Shown here piece after piece: positions 1-9,431 of a stretch of DNA of 64,000 bases; the first letter of the stretch is position 1, and every line of letters starts with the position of its first letter. This stretch comes from an uncultured Alphaproteobacteria bacterium (GTDB lineage: Bacteria; Pseudomonadota; Alphaproteobacteria; RF32; CAG-239). Below the pieces are notes generated by a model that saw nothing but the letters and a program-made list of their open reading frames with translations, ran no database searches and was not told the origin of the DNA. The translations under genes were made by a program, and so were the position numbers. The DNA is taken from assembly GCA_944391395.1 (NCBI GenBank), contig CALXTI010000003.1, positions 35,843 to 99,842 on the forward strand, written 5' to 3'.

Positions 1-349
1 TATCGCCTCGGCCACGACAATCGCCGCTTTTGTATCTTTATTCCAATATTTTCATGGTTTGAAGAAACGCGGTTTTTGGCAAATATCCGGCGTTTTAAGC
101 TATAAAATCATAAAAATCGTATGCTGTTCGTTATTAATGGGAGCGGCCGTTTACGGTGTTGAATACGCGCTTAACGATACGTTTGGCAACTGGTTGCGGT
201 TCGGAATTATTTTAAAGTTATGCATATTGGGCGGTTTGGGTGTTTTCGGGCTTGCAACTTTTCTTATTCTCGCTAAAATGACTCATGTGTTGGACATCGC
301 GGAAATATACCGGATGATAAAAAAGAAAAGAGGTGCAAATGCTAAATAA
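1..349 (+). CDS. 3' end of an integral membrane protein gene entering from upstream of the window (MurJ/MviN-like hydrophobic C-terminus, guess)
   Basis: Frame open from nt 2 with no start codon; hydrophobic helices then basic tail; product guessed from composition only. Confidence 0.3.
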   Translation, partial: IASATTIAAFVSLFQYFHGLKKRGFWQISGVLSYKIIKIVCCSLLMGAAVYGVEYALNDTFGNWLRFGIILKLCILGGLGVFGLATFLILAKMTHVLDIAEIYRMIKKKRGANAK

Positions 350-1343
350 ACCGCAATGGAAAATAATCAAAACACGTTTGTCCGAAGTGTCGGAAGTTCT
401 CCGACGCATAAATCCCATTACGCGGCAAAGAGTTCTCAACGCGTGTCGTTTCGTCCGCAAATCATGGAAATCAATTGCGATTATCCTGCCGTTATTTTTG
501 CTTCTGTATTATATTGTCGGCAGCTGGGCGACCAACAATATTGATAAAACTTTGGTGACAAATATGGAAAAATCGTCTGCCGGGCTGACCGCCGTCGATT
601 CTGCAGCTGCATTAATTAAGCGCGAAGTTGATGATAATATGTGGACGCCGAGTTTGCCGTTTATTTTTCCGGGCTATGTTTTGGATAATATGCCGCAATA
701 TCAACTTGGTATCATGCAGTCTTTAAGAACCGTCGTGCGCGGGCTGAGCCGCTGTTATGATTCTGAAAATTTGAATAAAGCGGCGGAATTGCTTGACTAT
801 CCGGGAAATGTTTGGCTGTTGTCCAAAACCGAAAATCTGTCTTTAGCGCCGTCTTCCGGCGCTCAATACCGCCGGGCACGCAAGGCTTTGCTGCGTTTTA
901 ACGAAAAGCCGCTTTTGCCAAAGACGTCGCAAGATGAAATTTTAACAGGCGTGTTGCGCGACATCGCGAACAATATGGATGCCGTCATGGCCGATATCGA
1001 ACGGCATGTTCGGGAACATTCTTCCGACTGGGTGGACAATTCCGCCGACAATGTTTTTTATTATAATCAGGGAAGATTGTACGGCTACTATGTTGTTCTG
1101 AAAGCTTTGGCGGAAGATTTTGAACCCCTGATTTTGGCAGCCGATCAATATGAACATTGGACGGCTTTGGTTAAGAGCCTGGAAAGCGGCGTTCAATTGG
1201 ATCCGTTTGTCGTCCGCAACGGTATGCCGGACAGCGGCAGCGCTCCCAATCATTTGTTGGCTTTGGGATATTACGCGGCCAAGGCTGATTTGCAACTCAA
1301 TAAAATTATCTTAAATCTGCAGGAAAAAGACAATGCTCATTAA
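333..1343 (+). CDS. hypothetical membrane-anchored protein (single N-terminal TM; possibly DUF2333-like)
   Basis: 336-aa ORF with TM helix near residues 47-68; 11-nt overlap with next gene suggests operon. Confidence 0.5.
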   Translation: MQMLNKPQWKIIKTRLSEVSEVLRRINPITRQRVLNACRFVRKSWKSIAIILPLFLLLYYIVGSWATNNIDKTLVTNMEKSSAGLTAVDSAAALIKREVDDNMWTPSLPFIFPGYVLDNMPQYQLGIMQSLRTVVRGLSRCYDSENLNKAAELLDYPGNVWLLSKTENLSLAPSSGAQYRRARKALLRFNEKPLLPKTSQDEILTGVLRDIANNMDAVMADIERHVREHSSDWVDNSADNVFYYNQGRLYGYYVVLKALAEDFEPLILAADQYEHWTALVKSLESGVQLDPFVVRNGMPDSGSAPNHLLALGYYAAKADLQLNKIILNLQEKDNAH

Positions 1344-1878
1344 TGTTCAAACAACAAATGATGAAAACATCCGTAATTTTTATCCCGAAGAAAAAATTTG
1401 CCGCACCGGCACGTCGGAATATGCCGATGCCAAATCATTGCGCCGTTCGCCTTTGGCCGAGGCGATTTTTGATATAGGCGGCATTGAAAGTGTCCTGATT
1501 TCGGCGGATATGATTTCCGTTAAGAAAAACAAAGAGGCTTCCTGGGAAGATTTGGCTCCGCAGATTATGGCTGAAATTTTGGATTTTGCGGCCACCGGGG
1601 AGGCGGCGGTTTTAGAACCCGCGGATGAAAATAATAATGAAACCTTGATGAAAAAAATTTCCGGACTTGTCGCCGCGCGGATTCGTCCGGCATTAAATCG
1701 TGACGGCGGCGATATAGAACTCAAAGGTTTTGATAACGGTGTGTTGTGGGTTGAGCTGACCGGTAAATGTGCCGGGTGTCCTTATGCCATGCGCACTTTA
1801 AAAGACGGCGTGGAAAAAATACTTAAAAACTACATTCCGGAAATTATCGAAGTAAAACCGTTTGGTGCGAAAGAATGA
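1333..1878 (+). CDS. NifU/Nfu-family Fe-S cluster assembly protein
   Basis: C-terminal CAGCPYA...GVEKIL CxxC Nfu-type motif; 181 aa. Confidence 0.7.
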   Translation: MLINVQTTNDENIRNFYPEEKICRTGTSEYADAKSLRRSPLAEAIFDIGGIESVLISADMISVKKNKEASWEDLAPQIMAEILDFAATGEAAVLEPADENNNETLMKKISGLVAARIRPALNRDGGDIELKGFDNGVLWVELTGKCAGCPYAMRTLKDGVEKILKNYIPEIIEVKPFGAKE

Positions 1879-2870
1879 AAAAAATAAAAGGTTTTTTTGT
1901 AACAGTTGTGTTGTTAGTTTTGCTGCCGGGAAAGGTTTTTGCGGCGGAAACAAAACAAACCGAACCTGTTGAAGGTTTTGCCACAAGTGTGCCGGCTCAA
2001 CTTCTTACAAAAAATCCCGAAAAATCTGCTGCGAAAATTGCCGTCTATTCCAGCGGCGCATATTTAAGCGATTTTTCCACGGCCGAATTGAAAAACATGT
2101 TTCATTATTTGGAGTATGATGAATATATCAAACTTCCGGGCAATGTTTATCCGCGTATTTTTGTAAAAAACATTCCGTACGATTTTGCCGCTTTTGAAAA
2201 CCAGACCGAACGCAACCGGATGTTTGTGCAAATTTTGATGCCGTTGGTGTTAAAAGTGAATAATGAGGTTTTATTGGAGCGGGAATATTTGGATGCCGTT
2301 GCTTATAGTTTTGAACAAAGCCGCGATTTCGGCGAAACGGAAATGTATTATCTGGAGCTGATGGCGGAAAAATATGATGTGGCGACACCGTTTAAAGACA
2401 CACGGCGTTATATGAAACTTTTAAAAGAACTGACCAGACGGGTGGACATTGTCCCCCCTTCAATCTTGATTGCCGCCGCGGCGGTTTATACCAACTGGGG
2501 CACTTCGCGTATTGCCGTTCAGGGCAACAACTTGTATAAAGCCCGTGATTGGTACACGGACGAAGGCATAAAACCGATAGGCGAAGAAGATGATTCGTAT
2601 CGTTACCACATATATCCGTCATTGGAAGAATCTATCAGAGCTTATATCTTATACGTTAATTCGCATGTCAAATATCAACAATTCTGGAATTCGCGCAAAG
2701 AATCCCGCCGCCGCGGATCGGTTGTTTACGGCAAGCGCATGGACTGGACTTTTGTGCTGGACAATAATTTAAGAAATTATGCCGGCTTGCTGGATTATAC
2801 TTTGACATATTACAAATTTTTCTATTTGGACGAGGCAACGCTGGAGGAAGAATATGAGTTTGCAGATTAA
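1875..2870 (+). CDS. secreted glucosaminidase-domain peptidoglycan hydrolase (Bax/FlgJ-C-like)
   Basis: Signal peptide; PSILIAAAAVYTNWGTSRIA..NNLYKAR..YPSLEESIRAY resembles the endo-beta-N-acetylglucosaminidase signature. Confidence 0.6.
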   Translation: MKKIKGFFVTVVLLVLLPGKVFAAETKQTEPVEGFATSVPAQLLTKNPEKSAAKIAVYSSGAYLSDFSTAELKNMFHYLEYDEYIKLPGNVYPRIFVKNIPYDFAAFENQTERNRMFVQILMPLVLKVNNEVLLEREYLDAVAYSFEQSRDFGETEMYYLELMAEKYDVATPFKDTRRYMKLLKELTRRVDIVPPSILIAAAAVYTNWGTSRIAVQGNNLYKARDWYTDEGIKPIGEEDDSYRYHIYPSLEESIRAYILYVNSHVKYQQFWNSRKESRRRGSVVYGKRMDWTFVLDNNLRNYAGLLDYTLTYYKFFYLDEATLEEEYEFAD

Positions 2871-3567
2871 TCCCGTTTTGTGCCGCGCCGGCGTGATGGA
2901 TAATTACGCCTATATTATTGTTGACGTTAAACGAGATGCAAGCATGGTGATTGATGCTTCCGAAGCGGCGCCGGTTATCCGTAAATGTGAAGAACTTTCT
3001 GTCAGACCGCGCTGCATTTTAACAACGCATCATCACTTTGACCATGTCGGCGGCAATGAAGAGTTGAAAGCACTTTATCATTTGCAGATTATCGGCCCGG
3101 CGGCGGAACAAAATTTGATACCGGGACTTGACAAAGGCGTGCAAGACGGTGAGGAATTTTTAGTCGGCAAAATGCGGGTAAAAACCATCAGCGCTCCCGG
3201 CCACACTTCAGGACATGTTTTATGGTATTTTCCCGACGACAAATTGCTTTTTACCGGCGATGTTTTGTTTAATTTGTGTATCGGCGGCATTTTTGAAGGG
3301 ACGTCCGGACAAATGTGGGACAGTCTGCAAAAAATAAAATCCCTGCCGGATGATACGGATTTTTATCCGGGGCATGAATATACGCCGCACGGTCTGCCTT
3401 ATGCCTTAAAGTGTGAAAACAGCGAACTTATGCGGTCATATGCCCAACGCGCGCGGCAAAGATTGTCCGAGCATCTTCCGGTTGCTCCGGTTAGTTTAGG
3501 CTTAGAAAAAAAGTGCAATCCGTATTTGCGAATTGAGGATAAAAACATTTTTGAACAGTACTTTTAA
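2854..3567 (+). CDS. gloB: hydroxyacylglutathione hydrolase (glyoxalase II)
   Basis: THHHFDHVGGN metallo-beta-lactamase motif; 237 aa with GloB-type C-terminal domain. Confidence 0.7.
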   Translation: MSLQINPVLCRAGVMDNYAYIIVDVKRDASMVIDASEAAPVIRKCEELSVRPRCILTTHHHFDHVGGNEELKALYHLQIIGPAAEQNLIPGLDKGVQDGEEFLVGKMRVKTISAPGHTSGHVLWYFPDDKLLFTGDVLFNLCIGGIFEGTSGQMWDSLQKIKSLPDDTDFYPGHEYTPHGLPYALKCENSELMRSYAQRARQRLSEHLPVAPVSLGLEKKCNPYLRIEDKNIFEQYF

Positions 3568-3583
3568 ATTCGGGAAATGAGAA

Positions 3584-5251
3584 ATGTATTTTAGTCTTAA
3601 TAAAAAAATTTTTTATACGGTTTTTGTTTTATTGATATTTATGGCCATTTTATTTTTAACGATTTTCTTAAACATATACGGCAAAAAATATCAAGAAGAT
3701 CAAAATTCGATTTTGCTGCGCAATCAATATGTTATGGAGCTGTTGTATGAAAACATTGCCCTGCGCCGCGAGGTCGCCGATTCAAAATTAAAGCTGTCCG
3801 AAGAAAGCCGCGAAGCATTGAGCGGAGATTTGGGGCAAAAACAAGAGGAGCTTTCTCGGGAACAGAATTTAAATAAAGAATTGCAAAAAACTTATAACGA
3901 AAGAACGGTGGCCTTTGTTGAAGGCGTTAAAATTATCAGCATCAGTTCGACCTTATCGTTGATTTCCATCATCATTTTAGGCTGGTTGCTGCAAAAATGG
4001 GTGATTGCCCCGACCCGAAAGTTGACCGAGGCGAGCAAATTTGTCGCCAAAGGAGATTTTTCGCATCGGATTAAGTTGGAAAAAAAGCAAATATTTTTTG
4101 ATGAGTTTGACACACTGTCCAATACGTTCAATACCATGATAGATAATATTGAAAACAATATTACGGAAATTAAAAACAAAGAAGTTTTTTTGCAATCTTT
4201 AATTGATGCGATTCCTGACGGCATCAGGGTTATTGACCATAATTATAATGTTGTTTTGGCCAACAAAGCCTATATGAAACAATTTAGGATGTTGAAAGTG
4301 GAAAATTGCCGCAAATGCTATCAGGCGTATAATTTTGACAAACCATGTCCGTCCGGAATGTTTACTTGTCCCGTGCAAGAGATAAAAAGCAGTACGTCAA
4401 GAGGTGTAAATTTTATTCAGAACATTTCCAGTCGTCCGCTTTCGATTAATGCCGCCCCGTTGAAAATTCAGAATTCAACGGACGAAAATGATTTTTACAT
4501 AATTGAATCCATTCGTGATTTAAGCGACGATATCCGTTTTTCGCATGAACAAAAAATTGCCTCTCTTGGTTTTCTGGCCACATCGGTCGCTCACGAAATG
4601 AAAAACAATTTAGGTTCCATCCGCATGATTTTGGAGGGGCTGCTTGATAACTATTATAAAGATGTTGCAGATGACAGTGAGGAGAAAAAATATCTGCAAA
4701 TGATTTACAATCAAGTCGTCGGCAGTGTCGAAATGCCGGAAAGATTGTTAAAACTGGCAAGAAACAACGGCAATGAACACAGTTGTTTTGATACGGCAGA
4801 CAGTATAAATGAAGTTTTGTCGTTGTTGGATTATGAGGCCAAACGCAACGGTGTGGTCATAAGCCAGCAAAATGCGGGAGGTTTCAATGCCGTTACCGGC
4901 AATGAGGCCGATTTTAAGATGATTATTTTGAATTTGGCACAAAACGCCCTGAAAGCGATGCCGTCCGGCGGCAAACTAAGTGTCCGTACTTCAAAAAATC
5001 AAAATAATGTTATGGTGGAAGTGTCGGATACCGGAGTAGGCATTTCGCCTGAAAAGCTTTGCCATATTTTTGAGCCTTTTTATTCCGACGGACGCAGCAG
5101 CCGCCATCAAGGCACGGGACTTGGCTTGGCGATTGTGAAATCTTTGGTCGAAAAATTTCAGGGCACCATAAGTGTGGACAGCAAACTTCATCAAGGAACG
5201 ACATTTACGATAAAATTTCCCAAGACCAAAAGAAATAAATTGCAAAATTAA
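3584..5251 (+). CDS. orphan membrane sensor histidine kinase (2 TM, HAMP, PAS-like with Cys cluster, HisKA, HATPase_c)
   Basis: H-box SVAHEMKNNLGSI; G-boxes DTGVGI and GTGLGLAIVK; no adjacent response regulator. Confidence 0.8.
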   Translation: MYFSLNKKIFYTVFVLLIFMAILFLTIFLNIYGKKYQEDQNSILLRNQYVMELLYENIALRREVADSKLKLSEESREALSGDLGQKQEELSREQNLNKELQKTYNERTVAFVEGVKIISISSTLSLISIIILGWLLQKWVIAPTRKLTEASKFVAKGDFSHRIKLEKKQIFFDEFDTLSNTFNTMIDNIENNITEIKNKEVFLQSLIDAIPDGIRVIDHNYNVVLANKAYMKQFRMLKVENCRKCYQAYNFDKPCPSGMFTCPVQEIKSSTSRGVNFIQNISSRPLSINAAPLKIQNSTDENDFYIIESIRDLSDDIRFSHEQKIASLGFLATSVAHEMKNNLGSIRMILEGLLDNYYKDVADDSEEKKYLQMIYNQVVGSVEMPERLLKLARNNGNEHSCFDTADSINEVLSLLDYEAKRNGVVISQQNAGGFNAVTGNEADFKMIILNLAQNALKAMPSGGKLSVRTSKNQNNVMVEVSDTGVGISPEKLCHIFEPFYSDGRSSRHQGTGLGLAIVKSLVEKFQGTISVDSKLHQGTTFTIKFPKTKRNKLQN

Positions 5252-5304
5252 AAAATTAAGTTTATACAAATAGCAAAATCAAACACAACAAAAGAAAAGA
5301 GGTT

Positions 5305-5532
5305 TTGTTTATGAGCAAAGAGGAATTGTTGGAATTAACCGGTGAAGTGATTGAAAAATTACCAAATGCGATGTTTCGCGTCCGTTTGGAAAACGGGGTG
5401 GAAATTTTGGCGCACACGGCCGGCAAAATGCGTAAATTCAGAATTCGGGTTATGGTGGGCGACAAAGTCGATATTGAAATGACGCCTTACGATTTAACCA
5501 AGGGGCGCATTACGTTCCGCCATAAAGATTAA
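5305..5532 (+). CDS. infA: translation initiation factor IF-1
   Basis: 75 aa S1-like OB fold; [16 protein letters not shown]; matches IF-1 architecture closely. Confidence 0.9.
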   Translation: MFMSKEELLELTGEVIEKLPNAMFRVRLENGVEILAHTAGKMRKFRIRVMVGDKVDIEMTPYDLTKGRITFRHKD

Positions 5533-5537
5533 AAAAA

Positions 5538-5574
5538 CACTCCCGTATATGATTATTAAACGGGAGTTTTTTTA
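5538..5574 (+). terminator. rho-independent terminator after infA
   Basis: Stem actcccg/cgggagt followed by a T-run. Confidence 0.7.
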
Positions 5575-5622
5575 TACGTAACATCGCATAAACATCACAG
5601 GTGTTAGAGTTACAGCTTTGTC

Positions 5623-6312
5623 TTAATACCATAGAATACGAATATTGCATGTTGTCTGATTTAGGCAAGTGTCGCACAGTTCGCGGATACGGGCAACCGT
5701 CAAATCTTTAAGACACGCACTGTTTTTGCAATAAGCATCGCCGTATGTGCGAACAGCATAATGGTCGCTGTCGTCTTCATCGGCGCTGTATATAAAATGT
5801 GTCTGCCACAAAATGCCGCTCATTTCTTTGCTGAAATTCAAGACATTTAAACAAGTATCATCATCAACCCGGTTGTTGGCGCCAAATAATGTTATCTTAA
5901 AAAAATCATGTTCATGTTCGGGGGCGCTTTCCCAACCGACAAAAATTTCATTTCCCATGGCGTCATAAATAAATTTGGAATTAGGATCTTTTATCATTTC
6001 TTGAGGAACAAGGTTTAATTTAATGAGTATGTCGGTTATATTAGAAGCCTTACCCTCAGGCTCTGTGAATTTAGTTTCGCTTAAAAGCTGATAAGTGCTG
6101 TTCAGCAGGTAGGTCAACTGTTCGCTTTGTTTGTTGAGTTTGTATTTAAGCATGGCTTTGGAATAACCAGTCATCGCCCCGACACTTAAAACACCGATAA
6201 TTGCCAATACTCCTAACATTTCCACCATGGAACGCCCGCATAGAGCCGCGTCTGCTGGTCTTTTTTCGTTGTGCGCTGAAAAGAAAAAGTTAAAAAAATC
6301 AAACCAATTCAT
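5623..6312 (-). CDS. type IV pilin-like protein, paralog 1 (class III signal peptide, long 26-aa leader)
   Basis: G|RSMVEMLGVLAIIGVLSVGAMTGY: Glu+5, AIIG at +11..14, Tyr+24 as in T4 pilins; Cys-rich C-terminus; AGGAG 8 nt upstream of ATG at 6312. Confidence 0.6.
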   Translation of the reverse strand: MNWFDFFNFFFSAHNEKRPADAALCGRSMVEMLGVLAIIGVLSVGAMTGYSKAMLKYKLNKQSEQLTYLLNSTYQLLSETKFTEPEGKASNITDILIKLNLVPQEMIKDPNSKFIYDAMGNEIFVGWESAPEHEHDFFKITLFGANNRVDDDTCLNVLNFSKEMSGILWQTHFIYSADEDDSDHYAVRTYGDAYCKNSACLKDLTVARIRELCDTCLNQTTCNIRILWY

Positions 6313-6337
6313 CCAAAGAACTCCTAAAACTACAAAA

Positions 6338-6408
6338 AAACACCTGTTTTCCCGATATTCTAAACCGTTTTTTTTTTTTGCAATTTTAAAGAGTCTGGTG
6401 GGGATAAG
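6338..6408 (-). promoter_or_regulatory. conserved upstream element of pilin paralog 1: putative -35 TTGCAA, A12 tract (plus-strand T12 at 6359..6370), putative -10 TAGAAT
   Basis: Near-identical 70-nt block also at 37398..37468 upstream of paralog 2; homopolymer lies in the promoter spacer. Confidence 0.4.
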
Positions 6409-6449
6409 TCGTAACCGGATACGAGAGTGTCGCATCTGCGACAGCGAGA

Positions 6450-6480
6450 AGCAAAAAAGCCCTGAAACATTTTCAGGGCT
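6450..6480 (-). terminator. terminator of SH3 gene
   Basis: Hairpin agccctgaaa/tttcagggct followed by a T-run on the minus strand. Confidence 0.5.
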
Positions 6481-6497
6481 GAAATTCAAAATTTTCT

Positions 6498-6998
6498 TTA
6501 ATCGATATTTTCGTCTTCATAAACGCCGAATAAAATATTTTTCGGCACCCATCCTTCAACCGTACCGAATTGCACAAGGCAAAAGGCGTTTCCTTTCCGA
6601 CATTTTTTGATTTCGCCGATAACGCCGTCTTCCACTTTGGCAATAACTTTTGCCTGATAATCGTCATTGTTATAAATATTGTTTTCTCCCGGAGTCATCA
6701 CTTTAACAAAACGCCGGCCGGAAAGCATGGATTTATGCACCCACGATTCGGAACCTTCCCAGTCTTTGATTTTGCGCCACAAGCCGTATTCGTTGACAAT
6801 TTCAACCGGCGCGCCTTTTTGTTTATACACCCATTCAATCGGATATTTGGTATCCGGCCCCGAACGTCCGTTTATGGTATTTGAGCGCAAAGAAACCATC
6901 CGCGGCAGTTGCAAGCCACTTTCGCCGTTGTCAGGTTCCGCCGCCATGACCGACAAAGGCATAAGAAGAGAAATTATTATGGTTAATAATGTTTTCAT
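6498..6998 (-). CDS. secreted protein with two bacterial SH3 (SH3b) domains
   Basis: Signal peptide MKTLLTIIISLLMPLSVMA; two SH3b-like units (RSGPDTKYPIEWVY..GLWRKIKD..WVHKSML and a second copy). Confidence 0.6.
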   Translation of the reverse strand: MKTLLTIIISLLMPLSVMAAEPDNGESGLQLPRMVSLRSNTINGRSGPDTKYPIEWVYKQKGAPVEIVNEYGLWRKIKDWEGSESWVHKSMLSGRRFVKVMTPGENNIYNNDDYQAKVIAKVEDGVIGEIKKCRKGNAFCLVQFGTVEGWVPKNILFGVYEDENID

Positions 6999-7071
6999 TT
7001 TATTTCCCTTTTGTTGGATTATATTGTATGAAACAAAGATTACATAAATAAGATAAAGAAAAGGTAAAAAA

Positions 7072-8184
7072 GTGATGGATTTAATGCAAGTCGTGGAAGA
7101 TTTAATTCGTTTTCGCACCGAAACCGGCAATGAAACGGAAATCAACAAATGTCTGAATTATCTTGAGCAAAACCTGCAAGGCGGCGGTGCTTTGGTTGAA
7201 ATTTGCCGTTATGACGGCGTTTCACCGGTGTTTTTTGCCTCAAACGCCAAAACGGATATGTTTGATGTTTTGGTCATCGGCCATATTGACGTGGTGCCGG
7301 CAGCCGATGATATGTTTGAACCCCGTTATGAAAACGGCAGAATATGCGGCCGCGGCACGCTGGACATGAAATCTTTTGCCGCCGTCGCGCTAAACTCATT
7401 GCATTATGTTCTAGAACACAAACTGCCCCTAAAATTCGGTGTTATTCTCTCAACCGATGAGGAAAAAGGCAGCAAAAGCACGGAAGCGTTTTTGCGCGCT
7501 CATCCGGATTTGAACGCTAAAATCGTGTTGGATAACGACGTCGGCGGCGATATCACCAAAATTGTGGCGCGTTGCAAAAATCCGGTTTTTGTGAAATTAA
7601 CCGCCGAAGGCGAAGCCGCACATGGTTCCACCCCTTGGGCTGGGCGCGACGCTAATGAAAATTTATTTAAAACCTGGGGAAATATCCGGCAAATTTACCC
7701 GGCGTTTTCCAAAGACGCGCCGATGCCTGAAAACACCTGGATTGATACGGTGCATTTTGCTAAAATTGAAGGCGGCGAGGTTTCCAACGTGTTGGCCGCG
7801 CATGCCGAGGCTTTGTTGGATTTTCGCCTGATTGAAACTTCAAGTGTTACAGGTCTGTGCGCCAACCTTGACAAGTGTATGGAAAAAGGCGTTTCTTATA
7901 AGATTGTTTCATCATCAACGCCGGTGGTCATGCAAGAAGATAACCCGCATATTGTTGCTTACAAAAAATTTGCCGAAGATATTTTGGGACGTCCGCTGGA
8001 ATTTGAATATATCGGCGGCGCCACCGATTCACGTGAGTTTGCCGAACGCGGCGCGACGGTGATTATGCATTCCGGCAGCGGCGACGGCATGCATGCACCG
8101 AATGAATATGCCGAAGTGGAAAGCATCAAACAAATTGCCGATATTCAAGTTAAATTTTTACAAAAATTAGCGGAGGAAAAATAA
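7072..8184 (+). CDS. M20 family metallopeptidase (ArgE/DapE-like deacylase)
   Basis: VIGHIDVVP motif, catalytic Asp/Glu arrangement, 370 aa. Confidence 0.65.
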   Translation: MMDLMQVVEDLIRFRTETGNETEINKCLNYLEQNLQGGGALVEICRYDGVSPVFFASNAKTDMFDVLVIGHIDVVPAADDMFEPRYENGRICGRGTLDMKSFAAVALNSLHYVLEHKLPLKFGVILSTDEEKGSKSTEAFLRAHPDLNAKIVLDNDVGGDITKIVARCKNPVFVKLTAEGEAAHGSTPWAGRDANENLFKTWGNIRQIYPAFSKDAPMPENTWIDTVHFAKIEGGEVSNVLAAHAEALLDFRLIETSSVTGLCANLDKCMEKGVSYKIVSSSTPVVMQEDNPHIVAYKKFAEDILGRPLEFEYIGGATDSREFAERGATVIMHSGSGDGMHAPNEYAEVESIKQIADIQVKFLQKLAEEK

Positions 8185-8188
8185 TAAA

Positions 8189-8668
8189 ATGAACAAAATT
8201 GCCAGTTTTACCATTGATCATTTAAATCTTTTGCCGGGGCTTTATGTGTCGCGCGTTGACAATTTCGGCGCATGCAAAATAACCACTTTTGACATCCGCA
8301 TGACGCGTCCTAATTTTGAGCCGGTGATGAACACCGCCGAGATTCACACCATTGAACACTTGGGCGCCACGTTTTTGCGCAATCATAATGATTGGGGCAA
8401 AAAAATTGTTTATTTCGGCCCGATGGGCTGCCGCACCGGTTTTTATCTGGTGGTGGCCGGAAATTATACTTCTGAAGAAATTTTGCCGCTCGTAACTGAG
8501 ATGTTTGAATTTATCAAAGATTATCAAGGCGATATTCCCGGGGCTTCTGCCAAAGATTGCGGCAATTTTCGCGATATGAACCTGCCGATGGCCAAATATT
8601 GGGCGGAAAAATACTTAAAAGAAGTTTTGCAAGACATCGGCGCAGAACGTCTGGTTTATCCGGAATAA
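8189..8668 (+). CDS. luxS: S-ribosylhomocysteine lyase (AI-2 synthase)
   Basis: HTIEHL metal-binding motif, GPMGCRTGFY; 159 aa; clear LuxS architecture. Confidence 0.85.
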   Translation: MNKIASFTIDHLNLLPGLYVSRVDNFGACKITTFDIRMTRPNFEPVMNTAEIHTIEHLGATFLRNHNDWGKKIVYFGPMGCRTGFYLVVAGNYTSEEILPLVTEMFEFIKDYQGDIPGASAKDCGNFRDMNLPMAKYWAEKYLKEVLQDIGAERLVYPE

Positions 8669-9217
8669 ATGATGCGGCGCCGTTGTTCATGGGCTGAAAA
8701 TCAGCCGGAAATTTATGTTCGCTATCATGATGAAGAATGGGGCGTTCCTTGTCATGATGATAAAAAGCTGTTTGAATTTTTGCTTTTGGAAATGTTTCAA
8801 GCCGGTCTTTCCTGGCTGACGGTTTTAAAAAAACGCGAAAATTTCCGGCGGGCTTTTGCCGGTTTTGATGTGCAAAAAGTGGCGTCTTACCATGAAGCAG
8901 ATATCAAAAGATTGTTAAACGACGTCGGCATTGTGCGCAACCGCGCCAAAATTGAAGCGGCGGTAAATAATGCCAAAGTGTTTATAAAAATCCGCGAAGA
9001 GTTCGGCAGTTTTGACAAATATTTGTGGGGCTTTACCAATAGCGAAGTGATTAAAAGCGATGGCAAAACCATTCCGGCACGCACGCCGTTATCGGACACA
9101 ATCTCCAAAGACCTGAAAAAGCGCGGCATGAAGTTTGTCGGCTCGGTCATTGTCTATTCCTACCTGCAGGCAACAGGGGTTGTCAACGACCATGAAGAGG
9201 GGTGCTTCAAGTATTAA
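8669..9217 (+). CDS. tag: DNA-3-methyladenine glycosylase I
   Basis: YHDEEWGVP..QAGLSWLTVLKKRENFR..C-terminal Cys; strong Tag similarity. Confidence 0.8.
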   Translation: MMRRRCSWAENQPEIYVRYHDEEWGVPCHDDKKLFEFLLLEMFQAGLSWLTVLKKRENFRRAFAGFDVQKVASYHEADIKRLLNDVGIVRNRAKIEAAVNNAKVFIKIREEFGSFDKYLWGFTNSEVIKSDGKTIPARTPLSDTISKDLKKRGMKFVGSVIVYSYLQATGVVNDHEEGCFKY

Positions 9218-9431
9218 TATTGACGAAACACAAGCTTTGATGGATGGCTTTGTCAGCCGGCAGGGTGTTTCTTATTCAGCAGAGAAAATTAAAGAAAGGG
9301 TTGACAATGTTGAAAACAAAATTCAGCATTTGGGGATGACGATTGACAAATACCGTTTAAGCGGTGAGAAAAAACGGCGGTGTATACCGAAGAACGAGAA
9401 GCGTTACATGAAAAAATCCGAGAGGATATAG
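9192..9431 (+). CDS. small ORF (80 aa), possible antitoxin-like partner of the downstream zeta-toxin-like gene; weak translation signals
   Basis: Overlaps tag 3' end and the toxin 5' end in another frame; helical charged sequence; no clear RBS. Confidence 0.25.
   Translation: MKRGASSINIDETQALMDGFVSRQGVSYSAEKIKERVDNVENKIQHLGMTIDKYRLSGEKKRRCIPKNEKRYMKKSERI

Noticed and set aside
6338-6408. Sigma-54 promoter for the pilin genes
   Set aside because: No GG-N10-GC spacing upstream of the TTGCA; the TTGCAA/TAGAAT sigma-70-like reading fits better.
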